A stretch of DNA of 64,000 nt from positions 2,046,001 to 2,110,000 of the forward strand of contig CM102286.1 in assembly GCA_046563655.1 (NCBI GenBank), read 5' to 3'. The stretch is from Yuukianura sp. NJ FZ-2021. Lineage: Eukaryota. The translations under genes and the position numbers were made by a program. The notes below the pieces were generated by a model that saw only the letters and a program-made list of their open reading frames with translations, did not search any database and had not been told where the DNA came from. This document shows, in pieces, positions 48,195 to 59,452 of this stretch; within the stretch, counting starts at the first letter, position 1, and each line of letters starts with the position of its first letter.

Positions 48195-50889
48195 CTGTAA
48201 TCAACACCAAATTTGAAAATATTTCAACATTTCATAACTAGGACACAATTGTTACGATGTTTGACTTATTAAAACTAATTTTGATCTTGAATGTCAAAGC
48301 TGGATTTGCACAACTTTAAATGGAAAGTACAAGTCGGGATACAGATAAATTGTTCAAACAAATTGATTTTTTCTTGCTCACATTTTGAAACTTTTTTTTC
48401 CAAAACACACTCAACAATCAATTTGAAAAATTCAGTTCCGAATGGTCCGATGAATCGTGCTTTCAGATTGGAATATGTCAACTAGAAGTACTCAAAGTAA
48501 ATGGTAACAGCCGTACTAAATGACTAATGTTTGAAAAAAATCGACTTTAATTGTGTGACTTTGTGGCTTAATCTGAATTAGGAGTGTGACTAATTTCAAT
48601 GTAACTTTTAACAATAAAAATTGTTTACTTTTTAGTATTTTTAGTACCGCTGACGCACTGGTGTCTTTGAAACAATGAAAAAAGAATTAAGAAAGTAATG
48701 CACAAGCAATAATTTTATTCACTAGAAGTCATAAAAATAGTTTGCTAAAACATAAAAAATCCTTTAAAAAATTCATAATTTTGTAATAAAATAAATTTTG
48801 TGATGAACCAACGTTTGGCAAAAAGCGTGAAATGAATCAAAAACTGAATTCACAACTTCAAAAAACCAAACTTTTTTTTTTACTAAAAATTTTTGGCCGG
48901 CGGCAGTCAGGAGCACTTTCACTTCTCCCTGTGTCTGTGTTAACCTAATTCTGGCAAAATGAAAACGGATCTTTAATTCACTTTTACTTATTTTGAGAAA
49001 CTAAGTTACGCCAATTTAGCCCAGCACTGAAAAAATACTTTGAAAGTTGCCCTATTCATTTTAGTCAAATTGCATTTCCTGTTCCCCTGCCTCTGATATC
49101 ATCATCATACACTAACTTTTAGTAAAGCTAAAAAGAAAAAAGCTATGGTTGCTAGTAGCGAAAGTTGATCTCTGGAAATAGACTTAGACTTTCCCTGCAA
49201 CCAGGAACTTACTAAAGTCAACATGAAAGTGGAGTCAGAGGAAGAGGCACACCTAGCACAAAAACGCTACTAATCTAATGAAAGTGGTTTTTATTGTTTC
49301 CTAAATATCAGAATCCATCAGCCATACTAGACACAAAAAGTTTGTGGAGGGAGAAAGCATATAGCAACAAGTTCATAAAATTCTCCTCCTCCATCATCAC
49401 TTTCACCAACTTTGACATTTCGAGGAAGGCACTAGACAAAATGATGGCTTTGTAGCAGATACTGAGAACATGTAGCCACAACCTCCATAAAATGGAAGTT
49501 TTGTCATAAATGTTCCAGGAATTGTTGATTTAAGATCTACTTTCACTTCCGCTCAAACAGTTATGCCTGTACTAATGTAAAACCAAGAAATATGTCACAG
49601 TGCGTTTGATATATAGCGGGAAATTTGAAAACTCTCAAAAAACTTAATACAGTAAAGGTTTAGGCAACAAAAGTGGAGGAAATTGGGAAGAAAATCTCTT
49701 TATACCGTTTTAATGCTTTCAGTGCACAGAGAAAGGCGGTGAAAGTCATGAATTCAATTTCCCCCGCCAAAAAAAAAAACACTCAAATACGCTTCCGTTC
49801 CGTTCAATTACGCCTTTTCTTCATGGTTGTCAACAGTGATGAAAATCTCATGCAATTTGGGGTGCACAGCAATTTTGTCTACATACAACTCTGTCAAATG
49901 CAAAACTGTCAACTTGAAACAGAAACATCTGAAACTCTACATTTGGGGTCAAATGTCATTCCGGTGGAAAAAGTGAAACTTCTTTTTCTGTCATTGTCAT
50001 TTTTGGAAAAAATTCTGAAATTCTGTAGGAAGTGAAAGTGAGGTGATTCAGAGGATTCCGAATTCCCATCGGAAATTTTTCCCAAAACTTTCGTTTTTCC
50101 TAAGCTCATAACAAAGGATTTCGTTGGAAGATGTGAAAATGTATCGTTGATTCGAGAAAGAAGGAATTATGTGGGGGCGGGGAGTAACAGTCCCCCTTCA
50201 GCACTCTTGTGTCTGTTGGCATTACTTTGTTATTTGGGAAGCCTCTGGAATGACAATTCTACAATTTCTGACAAAATCGGATTCCAAACTCCTCCGATTT
50301 TCATCTTTTCCCAAAAGTTCCTTCAACCACATTTTGTTATTGTCATATTTCCACTTCCACAAGATGTTATTTTCTTACTTTCTTTTGTCACTTCCTCTGA
50401 ACTTTTAGCATTCTGGAGATCGAAAGGGTAACAAAGGCATAAGCCTAGAACTACCTTATACGTTTTTAGTACCCCAAAAAGCCCTAACGAGCTTATGCAG
50501 TTGACAAGATCATTGTGTCGAGATCACTGGCACAGACCGTCACTCCGCAAACCATAATGATCTCCAACTAGGTTTCAAAAAATTTGAGCGTTTCACAAAA
50601 TTTGAATCTTGTGCAAAACAACTCTGGTCTGAAACCCTAACCCTTCATTTTCCCTTGTCATACAGCTTTTCCATTGTTTGTCGAAGTGGAAACCTCACAA
50701 GTTCTGGAACTAACCAGGCATTTTTGCGCATCTGTCACTCCTACCCCACTGCTCTTGAATTCCATTGTCTCTGTAAAGTGCTTCCAGGGTTATGTGGTAC
50801 CTACAACTATGCATATTTGAGCGAAATTAAATTAATCATATTAATTGATGAGCGATTACGTTAAAAGTTGTTAACGATGAGTTCGACTG

Positions 50890-51295
50890 GTATTAGGACT
50901 GTCTGTGTTTTAGCGGTAATCCGTGTTGGAAGTATTGCGGTAAGAGGTACTCGATGATACTGTCGTAGTCAGTATTTGAATTATTGCGGTAAAAGTGTAT
51001 TTATGGGAATAAGTCCTGATTTGTATTAGGCGAATTGCGGTAAAACGGTACAAGAGGCATCGCGGTACACAGTATTGCAGCATTGACAGTAAAATATATT
51101 CGGGATTGTACAGAAACAATGTATTTGGTGTATTGCGGTAAAACGCTATCAGGGGTATAAGTCTATATACATAGTATTGAACATGTGACGGTAAAATATA
51201 TTTGTGGATGTAGAGGTATGCTGTATTCGGTGTATTGCGGTAAAACCGTGTTCGGAGGCATAAGGATGCTGGGTATGAGGGTATTGCGGTAAAGA
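50890..51295 (+). repeat. ~50-bp-period array of a ~24-bp conserved unit (GTATT...TATTGCGGTAAAA) with divergent spacers
   Basis: Cores at ~50937, 50986, 51037, 51087, 51135, 51188, 51237 and 51286 (spacing 48-53 bp), plus an off-phase core at 50913. Confidence 0.85.
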
Positions 51296-54200
51296 GGGTT
51301 TTCGGATATGCCTTTTAAAGTGTGGATTGGCCAACCCTGTCTGGATGACACAGAGGAGTCCAGATACTGCGATACCTTGTTGTTCCATCTCCGCAATTGT
51401 GTTTTGTGAATACGAAATTTGTTAACCTAGAGTAGTTTAAATATCATTTTAGAAGTACCACACTTTACACTAACATATCCTGAGGACACACTTTGAAATT
51501 TGTCGAGTATCATTCTTTCTATCAAGTTCAAATACGCATAAACTATTCTCCATTTCATTTGAATTTTGAATTCACGGGAGCATTAAATATGCATTTGACA
51601 ATTATGAGTTCATTCCCACTTCAAAATTCAAAAAAGATGAAATTCAAAAACGGAAAAAGGGGTTTCATAAAATATCCTGCTGTGATTATACTCCATTTGA
51701 ATTTCCGTTCTTGAAAACTTTGTCTTGAGGCTACATCTTGTAACTGGATTCTATTCATATCACTCCCATCACTTTGTATTTCTGTGCGGTCTCTCCAGTG
51801 GCGTTCTTTCTTCCAAGGAACGCAACTTTTTAAAAACTGTTCAAACAGAAGTTCATGAGAACTTGAAAATAAAATGATCTTGTCATCAAGATTTTTTAGA
51901 ATGGAAATGGAGATGAAGATGAAAGGAGAAGCCCACTTCAAAATTTGTTAAATTGAAAACTTTTTTAAAAACCTCAAGATAAAAATCATGAACAAAGGAA
52001 CCGTTCATGTATAGTAAGCAGAACAATACTAGAAAATAAAGTGAGATTTTTTAGTTTTATGCTTTGATACTTCTGCTGCGGTAGGGACAAAGTTGTTGAA
52101 AATTTTAAAAATTGAAATTGAATTTAACCAATTGTAAATAATTGTTTTCTGTAGCTCAACAAAAAAAGTTTTCACATGAATTTTGCAACAAAAGGATTGA
52201 TAATCTTTAGCATCAAATTTTGTCACGCTCAGATTTTTTAGTTTTGTCAAGAACGTTTGCGGTATCTGATCTCACTCCAGCGGAACTTGTGGTTGTAAGA
52301 TTTCTATCAATGGAAAAGATGACGTAAGATTTCGTTTGAATTGGTTCTTGAAAAGGTGGGTACTTTAGGGAGCGTATTTGTAGAAGTGTCTTGGGGGTAC
52401 TTAAGACCAAGTTGGACAAAAGAGGCCCTTATTCATTCAACATCCCTGAGAACTTGTAGGAAACCTGCTTAAGGGTACCAAAGAAAAGAAAACCTGCTTC
52501 TTTTAAGGTCCGATTCAAACGGAAAAGCACTTTTCATTTCCTACGGTACAAGTTTCACACGTTTCCGCTCTTTTTCAATTCAAGTCCTTTTCAAACTTTC
52601 CCACACTTTCACGCTCCCTAAAAAATTTTAAACGAAAGATTTTTCTAAGGTCATTGACCTACCGGATTCTGGTCAACGTAAATTTGACCTTTAGACTCCA
52701 CTTTATGAGAGAATTTGAACCAAAGTTTCACTGTAACTCTCTCAGACTTTTCCAATTTCTCAAAATTTACGAAATTTGGATAGTTTCGTAAAAATATTCG
52801 TTTTATCAGTATTAGTGGCGACATTTTGAAATTGCAGAGTTCGCCCAGAAGAGTTGCCTCAAGTTTGATTTTTTTTTAAATTTCCAAATTTCAGTAGACT
52901 TATAGTTGAAGTTTCGAGTTATATTTCATAACATTGCTTCAGTGGGAAAACAGTATCTAATCTACACCTTAACTTGTAAAAAATTTTTTAGTTTAAAAAA
53001 AAATTTGAAAGTTTTCTTTTTGGCGGGAAAGTACAACGTTAGTTTGGAGTTTTCTTGATGACGCCACGAAATACTATAAGTAGTGACGCCACGCTTTGCT
53101 TTTCCCGCTCCGTCCTAAACTTCCCCCTCTGTCAAGGTGTTTTCTTCTTTTATTTAAACTTTAGAAAATAAAAGCGGGAGTTTTTGAATTATTGTGAAAG
53201 GCCGGGTGAAATCCGATTGAAATTGAAAAGGTTCTTTCTCTAAAGGAATTTACTACAACAATCCAGAACAGGATGTTGTGGAGGGGGACAGGTTTTTAGC
53301 ACATGCCATCACTTTATTTGTACTTTAAATAATAGAATCCAGATCCAGCTGGTTTGCCCCCACTCTTACAATTTTAGTGTAGTACAATGTGCATGAGGAA
53401 ATCAGTGGATGGGGTCCTTTGACCCCTCAAAAGAGGGAGAGATGAAGCATTTTCAGGTGTGTTTTGAATAGAAATTCAAATAGTAGCCCTGCATTTCTGA
53501 GGAAGCCTTTTGAGTAGGCCCTTAAGTCCCCCCTTAAAAATCCAAGCGACAGATGTTGCAATCCCTGTTCTTTGTCTCTCCAGTCCCCCTTTATCTTCCG
53601 GATCTCAAAACCTCATGTACGGATATCACAATCCCTTCCGCACGTAACACCTCACACGCTTCCGCTTCAACATTAGAATGATCTCCAAAACTTTCGATTT
53701 CCGATTAAATTAATCATGATTAACTACACTGCCGGTCAATTTTTAAAAATTAATCATGATTTAGTAGTCCAAACTTCCAGTTTCCAAAAAAAAATTTATG
53801 ATTCCAAGAAAATTTATAACAGTTAGTCAAAATATTTTAATATGCATTGACCATCTCACAACGTTTTCTAACTTATTAGATATCATCTACTGCAACAATT
53901 TCAAAATTTCAAAATTTTTGTTTTCAAAATTTTTTGCTTCCGCCAGAACTAAAAGTAAATCATGACGACATCCAATTTTTTCTGTCTGCTTGACTTCGTC
54001 CGAAAATTTTTTTGTTGTACAGGAGGAAACATCGTTTAATTTTTTTCTAAACTACAAAAGCTCAGGAGTTTTTGAACGGCGCGTGTTTTGAAAAACATTC
54101 AAGAAATAAGTAGGTCAATTGGGTGGAGACGTGGACACCTTGACTTTGAGATTTAAGGACTTAAGGGTACCACTTTGAGCCTTGTTGTTTTTCCATTGTT

Positions 54201-57200
54201 CTTTGTTTGTTAAAAGGACCAAAACCCATGTGCACAACCAGAGATCACTGGTCCCTTAAGGGCCTCTACATTTCAATTCCTGCCACTTAAACTTTACCGC
54301 CTGCGCCTCCTCCAAACAACCAATTTACCTTTGTAACACTAATCCATTAACTACCATCTTCAAAAGAAATTTTCAAAAAAAAGTTTTTGAAATTTTAGAA
54401 ATTGTTTTTCTAAACACCTTGATTTTCCATTGTTCCAGCTTAGGTAAAACTAAGCTACCTAAGTCTTCTGCCTAATGTTACTTCGTTAGGCCAATGTTGT
54501 TGATTGAATAGTGTGTTAATTAAAGTTGTAATTAAATAAATTGGAGCATCTGAAGAACAAAAAAGAGTTTCCGTCTTCTTTTGCTTTTAATGAACTTCTT
54601 TTGCCTGAAATTGAAAGATTGAAATGAGACAAGATTCTGTTTCTTGAGAAACAAGGTTGTTTTCAAAGTGAAAGCGCAGACGAAGGAGTGTTTAATTTTC
54701 ACTTTCAAACTTTCTTGTCACTTTCACTTTCCCTGGCAAAAGTACAGCGACTGTTTAGAACACGGGAAGGAAGAAGTGAGCTTAATTGGGCGAATGAATT
54801 GCGCTGTTCAATTAAGTTTTCCAAGTAACAAACTAATGAAATGACACAAAATAGCTTAAACCCAGTCATTCGGAACCAAATCTCAAGTTACCAGCATATC
54901 TAACTAACTCATACTTCGAACTAATTACAAAATTCTGAAACTTATTTTCAAATCTTCAATAAGTTTCAATTACAACTATAACTTACAAACATTCAGAATT
55001 TAACGTTTTGCAGCTTTCATAATCTGCAGAAAATTTGACTTTTCCAACTTTCACTTTAAAACTTCAAAGTCAATTTTTGAAACAAAACTTTTTCTGCTTG
55101 CCCAGCACGGCTAAAATGACTTTCCAGTTACAAAAACTACGTTAAATTTTTACATTTTGAAAAGTTTTCTGTTGTTAAATTAACGTGTAATGACAAACAA
55201 TTGATTCAGTTTGTCCAAAATTCAGTTTGTTACACCTTGACATTCCATTCCATTGTTTCTCATTTTCTCCCCCATCATCCCCCTAACATTAAACCTAACC
55301 TGAAAGATGAATCATAGACTAGGGAAGATGTAATTCCCTTGGACACATTGGATGATTAATAATTAAAATGGAGGAAATGAAATCGGAAGTAAAGCTGGAT
55401 GTGGTAGTTTGAGTACTAAAAACTACACAAAAAACTTCCAACCAGCATAACAGCTATATGTTGTGTGTGAGTAATCAACTGGTCCAGAAGCACCTGGAAT
55501 GTTCAATGGAAGCTGAAACAGAAGAAGTAGGGAGACAATTGGAATTGTTTCCCGCTTTTACTACACAAAAATCCATCTGCCTCCCACATTTTACTTTCAG
55601 AAGACAACACAATAATTATGACAATGGATTTTCATTTTTCCAGAAATTGCTCTCTGACATCAAATGCGGGATTCCCTCCGAAAAGTTATGTTTGGCATTT
55701 TTTGAGGTGTGTAATCCATACGGTTCTTGGCACGTTGAACAAAACCCGATTTAAATCATAACTGGCGCACGTCTGTTTTAAGTGCCTTTGAGCAGATGCT
55801 TTTGCTAAAGATTCAAACGTCCAAAAGAATACAAAAGAGAGATAAAAAGTCTACACAAATCCATTATTTTAACATCCCCAAAAATAGATAAAAGACGCAG
55901 ATTATTGTTATACGTTTGACTCATACAGACAGACGGACAGACACGAGCTTTTTTTTCTGTTGTGATTTAAGCACTCGCGCCACAATTATTCCACGCGCAT
56001 CTGCATTTTGTCTGTGCTTTTTCTCATTCCTTTGTTTCCGAAAAAAAGTAGAAGAGACGCGACAGGGTTGGAAACGTACAAAAGGCGGGAGGATTTCGAA
56101 CAATCGATTTCTATTTTTAAAAACTAACGGAATTCAAAACTGACAGACGCTAAATTCGAAATAAGTTCAGTACAAACGGATGAACAAACAGAAAAATTTT
56201 GGTTCCAGGTTGACAATGGAAAGTGACACACACGGGGGATGAATTTTTTGAAATTTGTTTTTCTCAAATTTTTCAACCCCTTCTCTTCCCTTGACCTCTT
56301 GTGGTGTGAAGGGGGATGAAATTTTTGTTTTCACTTTGACTTTAAGTGGAAAGACTATAAAAAACTAAACTAACCGAACTTTTTTTTTTCACTAGATGTA
56401 ACATGATGCTGATGACATCATGGATGGCGATGGCAGAATATTTACCTAGTGAAGAGAGATACGAAAGCGACCAACGACCGACAAAAATCAATAACTTTTA
56501 CTCAAAGTCTGCTCCTGGTTTCCATTTTTATGGCTTCTCTGGCAGGGTTTTCAGAGTGGCCAATTAATGCAGAAAGAAGCGGAAAACAAAAATCTAATTT
56601 ACAATCCAGCCAAGAGTAACTTTTACGTAACAAGTTTTTCAGTTTTAAGTCAAAATTAATCTACCACTAGCTTCGAGTTGCAGTAAAACAAGTTTTCAAT
56701 TTCTCTTAAAAGTCAAATTGAAAAAAGTTTTGCAAGTCTCGTTTTTGTCCAAATTGTAATTAAAACTTCAAGTTTTGCAAATTGGCAGACCAGAACTTTT
56801 TTGGAAGAAAATTAAAAAAAAAAACTTTAGCGAGTTCAATCTAACGTTGAATTTAAATCTTGTAACAACACTCTACGCGTTTAATTTTTCCTAAATTACT
56901 AAAAACTGAACTATTCACAAAAAACGTTTAGATTCTGCGCTGATTGTTCTTAGATTTTGGGGTCAGAGGTCAAGCTACAGTAAAATTAAGTTATGATTTG
57001 GAGTTAACTGAAAGAATTTTGAGCTTAGTTAAGGAATGTCATTAGTAGTTAAGTATAAAAGAGAGGGGGCCCTTGAGTTTGGCTCGTGCCTTGGCTATAT
57101 AGTTTAGCATTTGCCTTTGATCTGAAGAATTTGGAGATGTAGTGAAAGCGTCGTTTGGTTGAAGTGTGTTGTGTTGTACCCACGAAACCAATGGATTCTT

Positions 57201-57799
57201 TTGGAACCTCCTGAACTGGGTTTGGCAATCCGGTGGACTGCCTAGGCATATCCGCCGATTGGTCCGCCCCTTCCCAGGGCCGGGAACTTCGGAGCCAACC
57301 TGAGTGAGGGAAGGCCAAGTCAAGGGAAATGCCTGTGTGGTGTTCCAAGGCATGAGCACACCAGCCCCCTCACCAAATATCTGCACAGCATTTCCCGGGA
57401 AAGAAAGCAGCATTTCATCCCCCTCAAAGTTCTGAGGACAGACGCTTCCAGAAGGGAAAAAGATCCGGATTTGAGCTCATTCAAATCAGTCATACCTCAA
57501 CTCTCATCTCACCATCATCTGTCCCTTCAACCCTCCACTTCACTCTCTAACGCTATTCTTCCTAACTTAAGCACAATAAGTCTACCAAAAGTTTAAAAAA
57601 AAAGTTGAAAATTTGAAAAAGTGAAAAAAAAAGTTAGAAAAAAGTGTGTCATTCAAGTACAAATGTAAATAACTTAACAACGTTCTACCTCACCGTAACA
57701 AGACAAAAACTAAAAACTGTGAGAGAAAGCAGTGAAAAGTGAACATCCACAGCCAATTTTCACGTCAGGGACCTCACCAATTCTTCTCATCAACAGACA

Positions 57800-58750
57800 C
57801 TCTAGTCAAACATTCCAGCAAAGTCAAGTAAGCCTAAAACTGGTGAATTTTGAAACTAAATTCAAGTCAAGACAAACCCCGGTGAAAATTTCAAAGTAAC
57901 TTTAAGCATTAGAAGAAATCTTGTCATTTGAAAAAAAAATTATTAGTCAAAACAATAGTCAAACAGTGAAAGTCAAAATTTGAGCAAATCTTGTCATTTT
58001 CAAGTCAAATTCACGTTGAAACTTTATAGTTCTAAAAAAAGTCAAACTTTGGAGAAAGTTAGGAAAAGTACTAGTCACACAAGGAAATTGAAAAATATAG
58101 TCCATTCATTTGTACTCTAGTTATTTTGCTGGTCAATTACGAAAAAAAGTCAAAATTCTCTAAGTCAGGAAGATTATAAGTCTGGTCAAGTTTCAAAGTC
58201 AGTTAAAAAAAGTCAAAAATTTTATCTCGTCATAGCTACAGTAAAAATTAGTCAAAATTTGTAGTCAACTTAACAGTCATAAATGTCACTACTTTAGTCA
58301 ATATTTTAGGCAAAATTTCAAGTCAGCAACTTCAAAAAAATATAGTCAAAATTTTTGGAAATATCAACGTCTTGTCAGTAATAGTCAAAATTTTACTCAG
58401 CAACTGGAAAATATAGTCAAAATTCTTGTCAAATATTTTCAACATAGTCAGATCTTGTCAAAAAGAGTCAAAATTTTAGTCAGAAATGGTCGAAATAGTC
58501 AAAATTTAAGTCAGAAATGGTCGAAATAGTCAAAATTTAAGTCAAGCATTGTCAAAATAGTCAAAATTTGAGTCAGCCGTTGTACTAATTAGTCAAAATT
58601 CGAGTCATTAACAAACAGCACAGGGATAGATCTGAGTCAAAAATTCAACAATAGTCAAAATTCAAGTCAACTTTCAACCCAGTCATTATAATAGGCTTTG
58701 TTAAATAAGTCTATAGAATAATTTAGTTTGTGTAAATGTCTAGTCCACCA
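57800..58750 (+). repeat. Strand-biased AGTCA(AAATTT) degenerate repeat tract upstream of the nerfin/INSM gene
   Basis: More than 25 AGTC cores on one strand, including a 31-bp tandem (AGTCAGAAATGGTCGAAATAGTCAAAATTTA) near 58477-58570. Confidence 0.8.
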
Positions 58751-59195
58751 ACTTTTTCCTAGAGAAAGCCTCAAAGAATGTTGTGAGGGCGAGTAGCATA
58801 GTTTTACGTGAATCATCCTTCCACCCTCTGACGCTGACGGCCATGCTTATTGGTTTTGATTAGCAGCAGGTATTTTCCCCAGGAGTGATTCAAACTTTCC
58901 CCCAACTTTCATCGGTATTCCCTCGTCGAGGGCTGTCGAACTCCAGTTCAAGAATGAAAAAAACTCACCCTACCTGCGTCTTCCTGTTTCATCTGAATTT
59001 CAAACAAACTAAAGAGGGGAAACCAAACAAGTGAAGCCCAAACTATCTAAAGCTGAAGGGTCCGACAATCTCTCCCGCATTTTCTATGATTCACCTGTCA
59101 AACTTACCCGGGTGAAGTTCCGTAAAACCAACGGTCAGCTGAATAATACTCCAACAACAAAAAATCGACAAGCTCTGAACGATTTTTCAACATCC

Positions 59196-59445
59196 GAAAT
59201 CGGCTGGAGTAGTCGCTCAACTGAAAATCGGCTGGAGTAGTCGCTCAATTGAAAATCGGCTGGAGTAGTCGTCCAACTCAAAAAATCGGATGGAGTAGTC
59301 CACAAAACAGAAAATCGGCTGGAGTAGTCGCACAAAACAGAAAAGTTGGCAAGAGTAATCCATCAGAAGAAAATCGGCTAGAGTAATCCATCAGCAGAAA
59401 ATCGGCTGGAGTAGTCGCACAACTGTCAAACTTTGAAAATCGGCT
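59196..59445 (+). repeat. Minisatellite, 8 full and 1 partial units of mostly 27-30 bp (GAAAATCGGCTGGAGTAGTCGC...)
   Basis: Units start at 59196, 59223, 59251, 59281, 59310, 59340, 59369, 59397 and 59435. The array ends 7 nt before the ATG at 59453. Confidence 0.92.
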
Positions 59446-59452
59446 AACTTCA

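Noticed and set aside
50890..51295. CRISPR array
   Set aside because: The context is eukaryotic, the repeats are degenerate, and there are no cas genes or leader. Kept only as a repeat/spacer-like array.
56402..56570. 54-codon Met-rich ORF
   Set aside because: No homology or splice support can be recognised.
57042..57413. GC-rich minus-strand ORFs
   Set aside because: More likely nerfin promoter or enhancer DNA (TATA-like at ~57095, TCAGT at ~57486); no protein motif.
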